Shown here in pieces: positions 51,163 to 64,000 of a DNA stretch of 64,000 bases. Position numbers and translations under genes: made by a program. The stretch's first letter is position 1. Each line of letters opens with the position of its first letter. The notes under the pieces are model-generated. The model saw only the letters and a list, made by a program, of their open reading frames with translations, made no database searches and was not told where the DNA came from. This DNA comes from Mobula hypostoma (taxonomy: Eukaryota), in the NCBI RefSeq assembly GCF_963921235.1, contig NC_086115.1:39556001-39620000 (forward strand), in the 5' to 3' direction.

Positions 51163-53079
51163 ATAGAAACATAGAAACATAGAAAATAGGTGCAGGAGTA
51201 GGCCATTCGGCCCTTCGAGCCTGCACCGCCATTTATTATGATCATGGCTGATCATCCAACTCAGAACCCTGCACCAGCCTTCCCTCCATACCCCCTGATC
51301 CCCGTAGCCACAAGGGCCATATCTAACTCCCTCTTAAATATAGCCAGTGAACCGGCCTCAACTGTTTCCTGTGGCAGAGAATTCCACAGATTCACCACTC
51401 TTTGTGTGAAGAAGTTTTTCCTAATCTCGGTCCTAAAAGGCTTCCCCTTTATCCTCAAACTGTGACCCCTCGTTCTGGACTTCCCCAACATTGGGAGCAA
51501 TCTTCCTGCATCTAGCCTGTCCAATCCCTTTAGGATTTTATACGTTTTGTTACGTACCCCGTAACTGGGTTGCCAAACCAGCAGAAATGGATCACTCAGT
51601 TGGAGTCTGGAGTACTAGAACTAAGAAAGTTTTATTAAAGAAACAAGCAACACAGTAATCGAAAGGATAATAAATGCAACAATTCAACTATGATAACCAC
51701 ACATGTGCACAGAATTAAGATAACAGCATCAATCAAGCTCTATCGTTGTCTAGGGGTAAATGACCAATTTCAAAATGACTCAAAGTTCAGTCCAGTTTGT
51801 AGTTCAGTTCGCAGTAATCGTTGCCATGGCGATGGACAAGGTGGGGGAAGAGAGACACAGAATAGGAACAACTCATCATTCAGCACAGCTTCACTCACAG
51901 ACCAGCGAGATGGCTCACAAACCAGCTTTTGGGCAGGTCCTTGGTGATGTCACCTGAGGTCACCGACTGTGACCCCTCCTCCAGATGCGGTCGATCCTCT
52001 GCAGTGAACCCGGCACCCAGGCAAGGGCGGACACACACCGGGTTCCCGCTGATCGTACCTTTCCACCCTTGTCGTTGTCTGGGACTTCTCACCCACTCGT
52101 GAGAAGCGCACCGCTTCCAGGGTCTCGTTACCTCGGGTGGCGTGTGTGTCTGTCTTAGCGAACCTGTCCCTTTTTATCCCCCTGCTGGGGTATCGCCTGT
52201 CCATCACTTCAAACAGTTCAGGGTTCAAAGGGGGGAGCCGCTCCAGACAGCTCTTCCTCCCACATCCCTTCATTACACATCTCCAGACGCTGCTCCATTG
52301 TTCCTTATCTCTCCTTCCCCTGAGGGCAGGTGGCAGACCAACTGCTGATGCCACTGATGCTAGCCCAGGCCAGCAAACATCTTAATTTTATGTGTATTCT
52401 CGTAACAGTTTCAATAAGATCCCCCCTCAATCTTCTAAATTCCAACGAGTATAAGCCTAGTTCATCCAGTCTTTCATCATATGAAAGTCCTGCCATCCCA
52501 GGAATCAACCTGGTGAACCTTCTTTGTACTCCCTCTATGGCAAGGATGTCTTTCCTCAGATTAGGGGACCAAAACTGCACACAATACTCCAGGCGTGGTC
52601 TCACCAAGGCCTTGTACAACTGCAGTAGTACCTCCCTGCTCCTGTACTCGAATCCTCTTGCTATGAATGCCAGCTTACCATTCACCTTTTTCACCGCCTG
52701 CTGTACCTACATGCCCACTTTCAATGACTGGTGTACAATGACACCCAGGTCTCGTTGCACCACCCCTTTTCCTAATCGGCCACCATTCAGATAATAATCT
52801 GTTTTCCTGTTTTTGCCACCAAAGTGGATAACCTCACATTTATCCACATTAAATTGCATCTGCCATGAATTTGCCCACTCACCGAACCTATCCAAGTCAC
52901 CCTGCATCCTCTTAGCATCCTCCTCCCAGTTAACACTGCCACCCAACTTCGTGTCATCCGCAAACGTGGAGATGCTGCATTTAATTCCCTCATCCAAGTC
53001 ATTAATATATATTGTAAACAACTGGGGTCCCAGCACTGAGCCTTGCGGTACCCCACTAGTCACTGCCTGCCATTCTGAA
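51163..53079 (-). mobile_element. 5'-truncated CR1 interrupted by a solo LTR
   Basis: GVPQGSVLGPQLF and FADDTKLGG (ORF 52707-53141); LEYCVQFWSP (ORF 52305-52694); tail (ATAGAAAC)n. Confidence 0.93.
51548..52407 (-). mobile_element. Solo LTR, copy 2 (860 bp)
   Basis: TGTTACG...CGTAACA termini, 4-bp TSD GTTT at 51544-51547 and 52408-52411. Removing it restores CR1 tacgtttcaataaga. Confidence 0.93.
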
Positions 53080-54649
53080 TACCTGTTTATCCCCCCAGTC
53101 AGGGTCACCTGAAGCAATGGGATCAGGCGGTGGATGGTCATATGAGTGGCTGGTGCATATCACAAGTCCTAGTCATGTGACCACTGAAGCTAGACAGGCA
53201 ATCTCCGAAGAATTTTGATAATGGCTGGGGTCACCTGTCTTGTAAAGACACTGCCCGGAAGGATGCAATAGCAAACCACTTATGTAGAAAGTTTGCCAAG
53301 AACAATCATGGTCGTGGAATGACCATTATCAACCACGCCATACAACGTGGCACATAACAGCTCAGTGATACGTAAATAAATTTGATAATAAATTTACCTT
53401 AAACTTTCAACTTTTTGAAAAGAATCCAAAGATTGCGGTCAAAGGTTTACTTCCTTCATTGACTAACGGACAAGACGATTTAATCTACTTTGTGTTCTAA
53501 TGGTATTTTAACAACCATTCCTATAGCAACTGCTACCCTTTTGTTGTACTGTAGAGGTCCCAGCATTGTGTTCATCCTCCAGTATCATGATGTCAATAGA
53601 TCCCTTACAAATTCAAGGTAATGTTGCAGTGAAGTTAATTACTAGTTGCTAGTTTTCTAACCTGTCGATCTAGGACATGTTCAAATCATACGATAGCAAA
53701 TTTAAGTTCAAGTAGACAAATTAATATGAAATTGAAGCTAGACTCAGTGATGGGAACCATCTGTGAGAAAGGTCATCTAGGTTCATTGAGTCCTTCAATG
53801 AAGGAAGACAGCCTTCTTTGCTCAGTTTGTTTTAAACCACAATATATTCTGCAGATGCTAGAAATCTGGAGTAACACATACAAAATGCTGGAGCAACCCA
53901 GCAGGTCAGGTAGCATTGAGCCACCGTTTTCAGGACAAATTTTCTTTGATAATAACAAAACTACGGTAACTTTCACCACCATGTCCTGCTCAGAGTAATT
54001 ATATTGATTTTAATTTTGAAAAGAATTATTGCCTCTTTTCTCCAGCTCTGTTGTATTTGCACAGGACAATAAAGACCAAGAAACCTTTAAGCTGGATTAT
54101 ATATTTGTACAATTGCATGTATTGATTCCAGGCTTTGACAGTCGGAAGAATCTTTCCCTAAAGTATTGCAAAGTATCTGCTGGAAGTCCCCATATATAGG
54201 ATCAGGTATATTATCATGCTGGCTGTGATGGCTGTAAGAGTTAATAGGTTCATCAACTATTCAACAGAAGGCCCACATTCAATACCTTTCATCATTCGAC
54301 TGAGATGCTGAAATCTCCTGAATATATGTTATATAACATCCCTTGTGCTCAGCCAAGTAAATGGTGAAAGGGTCAGATTCAGTGAACCTATCTCACTTCT
54401 AGCTATGTGCCTCATCAGGTAACAGTCCATTATAGTGCACACAATTCTTCTGGAGTGAATCTAATCAGAGAGCACTGAGCAATAACATTTCATTGCTGTC
54501 ATCTGAACAGCACCTCTGATAGTTTGTTCTAATTGCTCAGGATTGCAGCAATGAAAAAGATAATGTAACTTTTGGGTCTGGAATATTTAGTACTATTTAG
54601 AAGACCTTTATAATTAAGCTCTATCAAGAAAATGTGCTGATAGCATGCA

Positions 54650-55040
54650 TCTATTTATTTATTTATTTATTTATTTATTTAGAGATACAACATGGTAACG
54701 GACCCTTTCTGCCCAACGAGCTAACTCTTTCCAATTGCACCCATGTGACCAATTAACCTATTAACTTACTAATCCATACTTCATTGGGATGTGAGTGGAA
54801 ACAAAAGCACACAGAGTAAACCCATATGATCAATGGGAGAACATACAAGCTCTTTGCAGACAGAAATGGAGCTGAACCTGGGTCTTTAGTGCTGTAGTAG
54901 CGTTAAGCTAACCTCTTCTCAAGGTAAAGTTATGCCGACTCACACAAAATGCTGGCAGAACTCAGCAAGTCAGCTAGCATAAATGGAAGCAAATAAACAG
55001 CCAATATTTTGGCCCACAACCCTTCATCGGGACTGGAAAT
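54650..55040 (-). mobile_element. V-SINE (54650-54915) followed by a Penelope-like pseudo-LTR (54935-55040)
   Basis: (ATTT)n tail and SINE core like 22670-22950; cacaaaatgctggcagaactcagcaagtcag repeat. Confidence 0.7.
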
Positions 55041-55429
55041 ATCAATGTGGTCTTCCAATTATAAAGCAACTGGATATATTAAAACTTTAAGCAGAAACAT
55101 AATTGGGAGCTGGAGTGAAATGAGAACTATTTAAAAATGCAGCAGGCAACTTTTTGAGGCAATGTAGATTTACTGTAGATGCAAATGGGTTTTCCCTCAT
55201 CACTGGGGAATATTATGAAGAATAGATATTAAAAGTCCTCAGTAGCAGCTTTCTCTCTTCTATTACAATAGTTTAAAGAAAGAGAGATCAGGATCGTTTG
55301 GCATTTGTTTTCCTGATGTCCAGTCTAAATGACCATTTTTCACATTAAGAGGATTATGGTGAATTTATTTTTACTTACTCGCTTTCTGGGATCTGAGCAT
55401 TTGGTCATCGAACCAATGGCTAGCATGGA

Positions 55430-56960
55430 TTGCTCACCTGTGATGGGTAGTGGGCAGCTACCTTCTTGAACCACTGTAGTCATTCTCCTAAAACCACTCC
55501 TATAATGTTGTTGAATAGGACTTGAAACCAATGAGAGTTAATATATGGTATAAATGCTATTTCAGCTGGAAGGGATCCTGCGGAGCGTTATGCTCTCATG
55601 TCATGATGTAGCTTTGGAAAGATCTGTCAGAGCAGGCAAACTGAGTGAATGCATTTTGTAGTTGGTATGCCCTGAGATCACTGTGCAGTGGTGGTCAAGG
55701 GAATGAATACCTAGGGTGGCTAATGAGGTGTCAATCAGACAGATTGCTTCATTCCCAGTGGTGTCAAGTTTCTCTAGTATTAATGGAGCTGCACTCATTT
55801 AGGCAAGTGAAGAATGTTGATCAAACACTGTACTTGTGCCTTGTTGTTGGTTGAAAGTCTTTGTGGTGTGAAGAAGTAAACCTCTCATGGGAGGATAACT
55901 GGTTTGTGCCCTCCTTGTTATCTTTGTCCAGTTGCATTCCTGATGCATAGTGGTACCCAGGATGCAGTTGGTGGATGACACAACATTTACAGTGTCACTG
56001 ATTTTAAGTAATCTTTCTTGTCTGAGGTGATCATTGCTTGGTACATCCCAGCCCGAAACTGAATGTTGTCCTGTCTTGCCTGCATGCAGGCTCTGAACTG
56101 GGACTGGAGAAGCAGCTGGAGAAAGTTGAGTTGAGGACGCCACCCTGACAACCATTGTGCTGCTGTTCTGTGGCTGGGTTGAACACATGAATACAGGAGC
56201 ACTGGAGCAGGTGTAGTTCATATGGCACATCAAGCCTGTCCCACCATTCAAACTGTTCACAGCTGACTTACATTGGCATCAACTCCTCTCCTGTCAGTTC
56301 CCCAGTACCCTCAATTTCCTGATCTATTAAATATTTATAGAATCATGGAATAATTCAGCATGGAATAGGCCCTTTTGCCCAACTTAACAATGTTGACCGC
56401 CAGATATCTTGTTTTCATGCATTTCGCCCATGTCCCTCTCAACCCCAGCTTATGCAAGTACCTCTTGAATGCCGTTATTGTACCAGCCTCAGCTACTTTG
56501 TTGGCTCATTCTTGCAGCCCATTCCACAAAAAGGCACCACACTCTGCACGAAGAAGCTGCCCTTTGGGTCCCTGCTAAACCTTTCACATCTCACTGTATA
56601 CCTGTGCCTTTTGATCTTTTTCAGTTTCCCATCCTTGGGGAAAAACATGTGTGTTACCCTATCTATGGTCCTTGAGATATTATACACCCTCTTTAAGGTC
56701 ACTCCTCAGTCTCCTATGCTCCAAGAAATAAAATCATTGCCTGTCCAACTTATCTATCACCATCTTAAATCTATCACAAGCTCCTACCTCCACCACTAGT
56801 GAGGAATTCACTACCTTACCACAGAAGAAATTTCTATACATCTTACTTCTAAATGATTAGTCCATTATTTTGTATCTATATCCCCTTGTTCTTGATTTTC
56901 ACACCCATGTTATCACCCATTGGATTATTTTCCTCTCGACATCAAATCACTTCACTTTTA
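55430..56960 (-). mobile_element. Old CR1-like LINE (55430-56240) and degenerate CR1 3' ends (56240-56960)
   Basis: gcagctaccttcttgaaccactgtagtc 3' motif; CR1-like gaataggcccttttgccc. Confidence 0.55.
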
Positions 56961-57289
56961 TTAGAGTTCCTTGATCAATATTTGGTCAAGTCGATTGTCA
57001 CATGTGCAAGTACAGGTCTGCACAGGTGCGAAGAACTTACGTGCAGCAGCATCACAGATACTACTTAGCACTATATAAGTGGCATTCACAAGAAAAAACA
57101 TAAATTATACAATATTTTTATCAGAAAAACACATCATTGGAACCAAAATAAAAGCAAGTTTATTTTAGCGTAAAATTATCATAGTTTGTGCTAAATTGTA
57201 GAGAATAGGGTTTTGCCATTTGGTTCGTGAACCTGGAGGTATGAAACTTCAGGCCAATGGTAGCTCCCAAACTCCATCTTTAGAGACAA

Positions 57290-58390
57290 ACAGCTGACCA
57301 ACATCTATTACAAATCTGTTCCCAGGATACAGCTTTTCTTTCCAGGACATCAAAAATGTCCCCTTTCTTCCTCCACTATTCATACTGCCCTCACTCACAT
57401 CTCTTCCATTTCCAGAACATCCATGCTCACCTCATCTTCCTGCCACCTCAACAGTGATAGAGTTCCTCTTGTCCTTACCTACCACATTATGAGCCTCCAT
57501 ATCCAACCCATTATTCTCCCCAGCTTCTGCCATCTTTAAAAGGATCCTACCACTAAACTTACCTTTACCTCCTCCACCCCACTCTGCACTTTATGTAGGG
57601 ATCACTCCCTCAGTGATTTCCTTGTCGATTCATCTCTCCCCTACAACCGGCCAAAGAGCTACACCTGCTTATTCATCTCCTCCATTCTGGGCCCCAAACA
57701 CTCCTTCCAGGTGAGGCAACACTTTACCTGCGAATCTGCTGGGGTTGTCTATTGTGTCCGGTGCTCCCGATGTGGCCTCATCCACATTGGTGAGACCCAT
57801 TGTAAATTGGGGTACTGCTTCATCAAACACCTCCGTTCCATCTGCCAAAAGTGGAACTTCCCAGTGGCCAAACATTTTAATTCCAATTCCCATTACTGTT
57901 CCAACATGTCAGTCCATAGCCTCCTTTTCTGTCATGATGAAGCCACCCTCAGGTTGGAGGAACAACAACGTATATTCCATGCGTGAATGGCATGAATATT
58001 GATTCCTCCTTCCAGTAGAAAAACTCCCTTTCCCTTCCCCTTCTCTCTTCTTCTATTCCCCATTTTGGCCTCTTACCTCTTCTCACCTGTCTATCATGCA
58101 CCCTATCCCCCAGGTCCCCTCCTCCTTTCCATTCTCTTATGGTCCACTCTCCTCTCCTATCAGATTCCTTCCTCTCCAGTCCTTTACCTTTTCTACCCAC
58201 CTGGCTTCACCTATCACCTTCTAACTATCCTCCTTCTCCTCCCGCTGAACCATTTTATTCTGTCAACATCCCCTTTCCTTTCAGTCCTGAAGAAGGGTCT
58301 TGGCCCAAAACGTCGATCGTCTATTGGCTTCTATAGATGCTGCCTGACTTGTTGAGCTCCTTCAGAATTTTGTGTGTGTTGCTTTGATGA
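57290..58390 (+). mobile_element. Longest Penelope-like element here: RT thumb remnant, GIY-YIG endonuclease, pseudo-LTR
   Basis: ORF 57711-57986 FTCESAGVVYCVRCSRCGLIHIGET...HLRSI...PVAKHFN; hammerhead-like motif at 58282-58319. Confidence 0.9.
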
Positions 58391-58399
58391 TAGATGTTG

Positions 58400-59452
58400 C
58401 CTTCTTGAACCTCCTGTAGGTACCCACAAGGGTGAGGATGGATGTGTCTCTGAGGTATTTGGCAGATTCCACTATTCTCTACTGCTTCTTATGTTTCACT
58501 GCATTTGAATTGCCTACCAGGCCATGAAATAAATCAATAGAACATATGCAGATGTTTGTTAAGGTGTTCAGTGTCAAGCTGAACCTCCTTAACCTAAGGT
58601 AGACATTGACATGCTTTCCTTATGATTGCATCTATGTGCTATACCCAGGACAGGCCATCCAATATATTAATATCCAGTAATTTAAAGTTGCTGGCTCTCT
58701 CCACAACAGATCCTCCAATGTAGACTGGTCACACACTCCTACCAAGGCAGCCATTGCCATGTCACCATCAGGATTCAGTGTTTTGGTCCATGTTTGGCTG
58801 TGTTTGTGTTGGGTACAATTTGTACCCAAATGGTAACTGGTAACAATTTGATTGTACTATCAATAACACCTTCCACCACTTGGCTGATAACTGAGAGTAG
58901 ATTGACTAGGTTGCCATTTGTCATTTTGGATTTGTTCCACTTTTTGTGAATAGGACATAACTGGGCAGTTTTTTTTCTTATTATATGGCAGATAACAATG
59001 ATGTAACTACATTTGAATAGTTTGGCTGGAGATACAGTTAGTTTTACTAAAGAGCTCTTCAGTGCCACAGCTGGAATGTGATCTGACCTCATAAACTACT
59101 ATGTATTGAACTGAATCAAATTGACTTTATTACTTACATCCTTCATATACATGAGTAAAATTTTTTACATTAAATCTCCATCTAAATGTGCAATTTGTAG
59201 TAATTTATAATAAATAGTATGTACAACAGGATAGTCAATATAACATTGAAATACAGTTGTGTCAGAATGAGTTAATCAGTCTGATGGCCTGGTGGAAGAA
59301 GCTGTCCCAGAGCCTGTTGGTCCTGGCTTTTATGCTGCGGTACCATTTCCTAGATGGTAGCAGCTGGAACAGTTTCTGGTTGGGGTGACTCAGGTCCCCA
59401 ATGATTCTTCAGGCCCTTTTTACACACTTCTTTGTAAATGTCCTGAATAGTG
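58400..59452 (-). mobile_element. L2 remnants (58400-58760, 59105-59452) around an old CR1-like piece (58770-59095)
   Basis: 59270-59450 matches the L2 3' end at 25850-26000. Confidence 0.6.
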
Positions 59453-59579
59453 AATGAGTGATCTCAGCCATTTCTTGATATCACATGAAGCAAATCTAAT
59501 TGTCACAGATCAAATTTGTACAGTGAGTTGCATATTGATCTACATCACAGCCACATTCAATGACCTCTATTTCATAAGT

Positions 59580-60480
59580 TCATAAGACCACAAGTCAAAG
59601 GAGCAGAGTTAGGCCATTTGGCCCATCGACTCTGCTATGCCATTCAATCTTGCCTAATCCTTTTTCCCCTCCTCAGCCCCACTCCCCAACCTTCTCCCCA
59701 TAATCTGTGATGCTATATCCAATCAAGAGCCTCTCAATCCTTGTCCTGAATACACCCAACGACCTGGCTTCCACAGCTGCCTGTGGTAATAAATTCCACA
59801 AGTTCCACCCTCTGGCTAAGGAATGTTCTCCGCATCTCTATAAGTGGATATCCCTCTATCCTGAGGCAATGCCCTCTTATCCTAGACTCTCCTACCATGG
59901 GAAGCATCCTTTCCACATCTACCATGTCTGGGCCTTTCAACATTTAAAAGGTTTCGATGAGATCCCCCCTCATCCTTCTAAATTCCAGCTAGTACAGACC
60001 CAGAGCTATCAAACGTTTCTGGTATGATAACACTTTCATTCCCAGGATCATCCTTGTGAACCTCCTCTGAACCCTCTCAAATGCCAGCCCATCTTTTCTT
60101 TGATGAGAAGCCCAAAACTGTTCATAATATTCAAGGTGAGGCCTCAGCATCACATCCCTGCTCTTGTATTCTAGACTTCTCAAAAGGAATGTTAACATTA
60201 CATTTGCCTTCCTCACCACCGACTCAGTCTGCAAGTTAATCTTTAGGTTGTTCTGCACAAGGACCCTCTGCATCTCAGATTTTTGGATTTTCTCTCCATT
60301 TATTTCCTCTACCAAAGTGCATGACCATGCATTTTCCAACATTGTCTTTCATTTGCCACTTTCATGTCCATTCTCCCACTCTGTCTAAGTCCTTCTGCAG
60401 CCTTCCTGTTTCCTCAACACTACCTGCCCCTCCACCAATCTTTGTACCATCTGCAAACTTGGCAACAAAATCAAGGTCTG
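59580..60480 (-). mobile_element. CR1 3' portion
   Basis: FVAKFADGTKIGG; HLEYYEQFWASH...QRRFTRMILGM. Confidence 0.85.
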
Positions 60481-60599
60481 ATGGAAACAGGCAGTGTTGA
60501 CCACCACCGCCCATTTTACAATAAATCTTCATTAACCGCATTTTAAAAAAACATAGGCTCCCTACAGTTTTCATCACTTGCCAGAATGTTGTAGGAAAT

Positions 60600-61745
60600 T
60601 TATATTGGCCAATTAACCTACCAACATGCATGTCTTTTGAGATGTGGAAGGAGAAAAATGGAGAACTCAAAGGAAACCCACACAATCACAGGCTGACTCC
60701 ACACAGACAGCTTGAGAAGTTAGGATTGACTTGGATCTCTGGCTCCAGGAGACAGCAGCTCGACTAGCTCCATGTGCCACCAAGTACATGTGAGCTTATT
60801 AGTTGTAAACAGAACTAAAGTTCATGGCACAGTGAGTACCCACCTGCATTTAGCCCAAAATGCTGTGTTAAGCTATATAATTTCTAGGCCAACTACTTTT
60901 CAAGCTAATGCAAGTACAGGAAAATTAATTCAGTTCCTTACTTTTCAGTTTTCTGATTTTTTGTTTTCCCCACACACTTCTATTTTTTTTAATTTTATTA
61001 CAGTGCACTTACAAATATACCTCTGAGGAGCATCACAATGACAGCAATAAGTGCCTGTGCCATCACTATTCCCCAATTTGCATCAGAATCAAACCAGTAC
61101 ACAGGCAGCTAAAAGTATCAGCTTTAAGTGGCAATGTCAGTTTTCAGTTCAATTCTCTTTGAGTTCAAAATCATACCATTTTAAGAAATAGCACAAATGC
61201 ATTTAATAATTTGTGTTGTGTCTTTTGTTGTCAGTTACATATTATTGTCACTTTGGTGATGTTTTATCTTGTTAATTGGTGTGAAATCAGTGGTAGGGGA
61301 CAAAGTAATCTCTTTTCAGTAAGAAGTCATAGTGAACAACCAGGCCTGTAACATGGAATAACATGGCCAAGTACAAGGAACTGGGAAGTGGCGAGTGAAC
61401 ATTGCACTCAGATACCCTAGGACTAATGGTGTGTGCGAACATTGGTAAGTATAAAGAAAAATTAGCTTTATGTGTACAAGCAAACTTTGAAACATGCAGT
61501 GAAATGTGTGCTTTGCATCAAATCAAATCGGTGAGGATTGTGCTGGGGTTGCCCGCAAGTGGCACCATGCTTCGGGCGCCAATATAGCATGCCCACGACT
61601 TACTAACCCTAACTCAAACCGTATATCTTTAGAATGTGGTAGGAATTCAAAGCACCTGGAGGGAACCCACACAGTCAGGGGAAGAAAATCCTTACAGGCA
61701 GCAGCGGGAATTGAACCCTGAATGGTGATCATTGGCACTAACTAA
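60600..61745 (-). mobile_element. Two degenerate V-SINE-type copies (60600-60790, 61440-61745)
   Basis: ggaaacccacacaatcacagg and gcacctggagggaacccacacagtcaggggaag cores. Confidence 0.55.
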
Positions 61746-62344
61746 ACAGAATTTCCCTGGAACTCTGTATTCTTTTTTCCTTCAATGTATATCCCATATC
61801 TTTTCCAAAGTTGCCATGGAATCTGTTCCACCACCACTTTGAAAAGTGAATTCCAGTTTACAACGATTCAAGGTGCCAAAAAAATCCTAGTGCTGCTGAT
61901 TCTTCAGGAATTGACCTTGGTACTGATTCTATTACTCAAAATACTTTCTCCTATTTAGTCTATCAAAACTTTTGAGAATTATGAGAAACTCTACAAACCC
62001 CCTTTAACTTAGTCTGTTCTAAGAAGAAAAGCTCCAGAGTCTTGAGCCTCTCTATATTACTGAAGTCCTTTGTTCATCGTAACATTCCAATAAATCACTT
62101 CTGCATCCTCTCCGAGGCCTTTACATATTTCCTTATATGTGATGTGTTGACTTGAACACAATAATCCAACCTTTACAGAGTTCCTTTGTTTTGTATTTAG
62201 GTCCTTGTTAATAAAGCCAAGAATCCTAAGGACCACCTTGCTCGATCAGATTCAGGGATGTACTATACACTCCACAAAGTGCTATGACTTCTTACTAAGA
62301 GAAATAGGAAAGTGCATTTTAACCACACCACCAACTTAGGCTTA

Positions 62345-63760
62345 CTCCAAAGGATTGGAAAATTGCAAATGTCACTCCACTCTTTAAGAAGGAAAGGAGG
62401 CAAAAGACAGGAGATTATAGGCTAGATAACCTAACTTAAGTGGTTGGGAAGATGTTGGAGTACATTTTTGGGAATGAGGGTTCGAGGTACTTAAGGGCAC
62501 ATGATAAAATAGGCCAAAGTCACCATGGTTGCCTTAAGGGGAAATCTTGCCTGACAAATCTGTTGGAATCTTTTGAGGAAATAATAGTTAGAATAGACAA
62601 AGGAGAGTCCATGGATGCTGTTTACTGAGATTTTCAGAAGGCCTTTAACACGATGCCACACAAGAGACTGTTAAACAAGATAAGAGCTCATGGTATTACA
62701 AGAAAGATACTAGCATGGATAGAAGATTGGCTGACTGGCAGGAGGAAAAGAGTTAGAATAAAGGGGGCTTTTCTTGTTTGCCGCCTGTGACTAGTAGTGT
62801 TCTGCAGGGGCCAGTTTTGGGACCTTTTCTTTTCATGTTATATGTCAATGATTTGGATTGATGAATTGATGGCTTTGTGGCCAAACTGCAGATGATACAA
62901 AGATAGGTGCAGGGGCAGGTAGTGTTAAGGAAAAAGGGAATCTGCGGAAGGACTTAGACAGATTAGGAGGCAAAGAAGTGGCAGATGGAATATAGGACAG
63001 GGAAGTGAATGGTCATGCACTTTGGTAGAAGCAATAAAGACAGACTATTTTCTAAATTGGGAGAAAATTCAAAAATCAGATTTGCAAGGGGACGTGGGAG
63101 TCCTCGTGCATAATTTCCTAAAGGTTAACTTGCAGGTTGAATTGGTGTTAAGGAAGGCAAATGCTATGATAGCATTCATATTGAGAGGATTAGAATATAA
63201 ATGCAAGGATGTAATGCTGAGGCTTTATAAGGTCTTAGTCAAATATCTAAAAAAGGATGTGCTGGCATTAGAGAGCATTCAGAACAGGTTCATGAGAATG
63301 ATTGCAGGAATGAAAGTTTTAATGGCTGAGGAGAGTTTTATGACTCTGGGCCTGTACTCATTGGAGTTTAGGAGAATGAAGGGGAATCTTATTGAAGCCT
63401 ATTGACTATTGGTAAGCCTAGGCAGAGTGGATGTGTAGAGGATACTTCCTGTTGTGGGGCAGTCTAGGACCAAAGGGCATTGATTCAGAATAGAAGGATA
63501 TTTCTTTATAATTGCGATGAGGAGGGATTTCAGAGGGTGTAGAATCTATGGAATGCATTGCCACAGATGTCTGAGGAGGCCAAGTCATTGGGTTTATTTA
63601 AAGCAGAGGTTGATAGTCTCGTGATTAGTAAGGACATCAAAGGTTACACGGAGAAGGCAAGAGAATCAGGTTGAGAGGGATAATAAACCAGCCATAATGG
63701 AATTGTGGAGCAGACTTGATGGGCTGAATGGCCAAATTTTGCTCTTATGTCTTACAGTCT
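62345..63760 (+). mobile_element. Degraded CR1 RT to 3' end
   Basis: KGKSCLTNLLESFEE (ORF 62440-62628); QNRFMRMIAGMK...LGLYSLEFRR (ORF 63022-63405). Confidence 0.88.
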
Positions 63761-64000
63761 TATAAAATAAGTATAACAAAAATTTGCATCCAGTTTGTTA
63801 AGTGCTTTCATCTTTCATAAAGATCTTCCAGTTTACCAGTGGAAGGGAAGAGAGTACTTCTTTATTATTCTTTGTATGATAATACATTTCTCTGTACGGT
63901 AGACTCTTTTGTGCATCTTCTTATTTCAAAAATCCATGCCTTCCTGATGTTTTTTTACCATGCTTCTCATTGTTTATTGTACAGTATTTCCATCTTTATG

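Larger units (their letters stand above)
51092..53358 (+). mobile_element. RTE-tailed SINE split by CR1 (halves 51092-51162 and 53080-53358)
   Basis: The halves join as ggtcacccttggacaaag|acctgtttatcccccc. The tail gcaatagcaaaccactt resembles RTE/BovB-type 3' ends (family call from memory). Confidence 0.6.

Noticed and set aside
46800-64000. Exons of genes neighbouring DNTT in mammals (OPALIN, TLL2)
   Set aside because: None recognised by eye. Every interpretable ORF here is retroelement-derived, though small diverged exons cannot be excluded without a search.

Overview
AT-rich, repeat-dense vertebrate genomic DNA. The repeat mix (V-SINE-type SINEs, CR1, L2, Penelope-like elements) points to a cartilaginous fish; this is an inference. 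The only host coding sequence I can support is the terminal exon of DNTT (terminal deoxynucleotidyl transferase, TdT) on the + strand at 45384-45470 ([28 protein letters not shown]), followed by candidate poly(A) signals. I found no earlier DNTT exon by eye, so positions 1-45383 are probably one very long last intron. The rest is a layered retroelement record: many L2 and CR1 fragments, two L1 pieces, a HERO-type RLE element, a decayed Gypsy element lacking its 5' LTR, two ~98% identical solo LTRs bracketing the DNTT exon, several SINE types, and many Penelope-like (GIY-YIG) fragments. Most noteworthy: 11 copies of a minimal type I hammerhead ribozyme motif in Penelope-like repeats (one near-intact, in the inferred DNTT intron), a permuted hammerhead-like motif set in the HERO 3' UTR, and a candidate cryptic 40-nt exon whose donor is overlapped by a 17-bp hairpin. 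Repeat boundaries are manual estimates unless a target-site duplication (TSD) is cited. No database searches were run.
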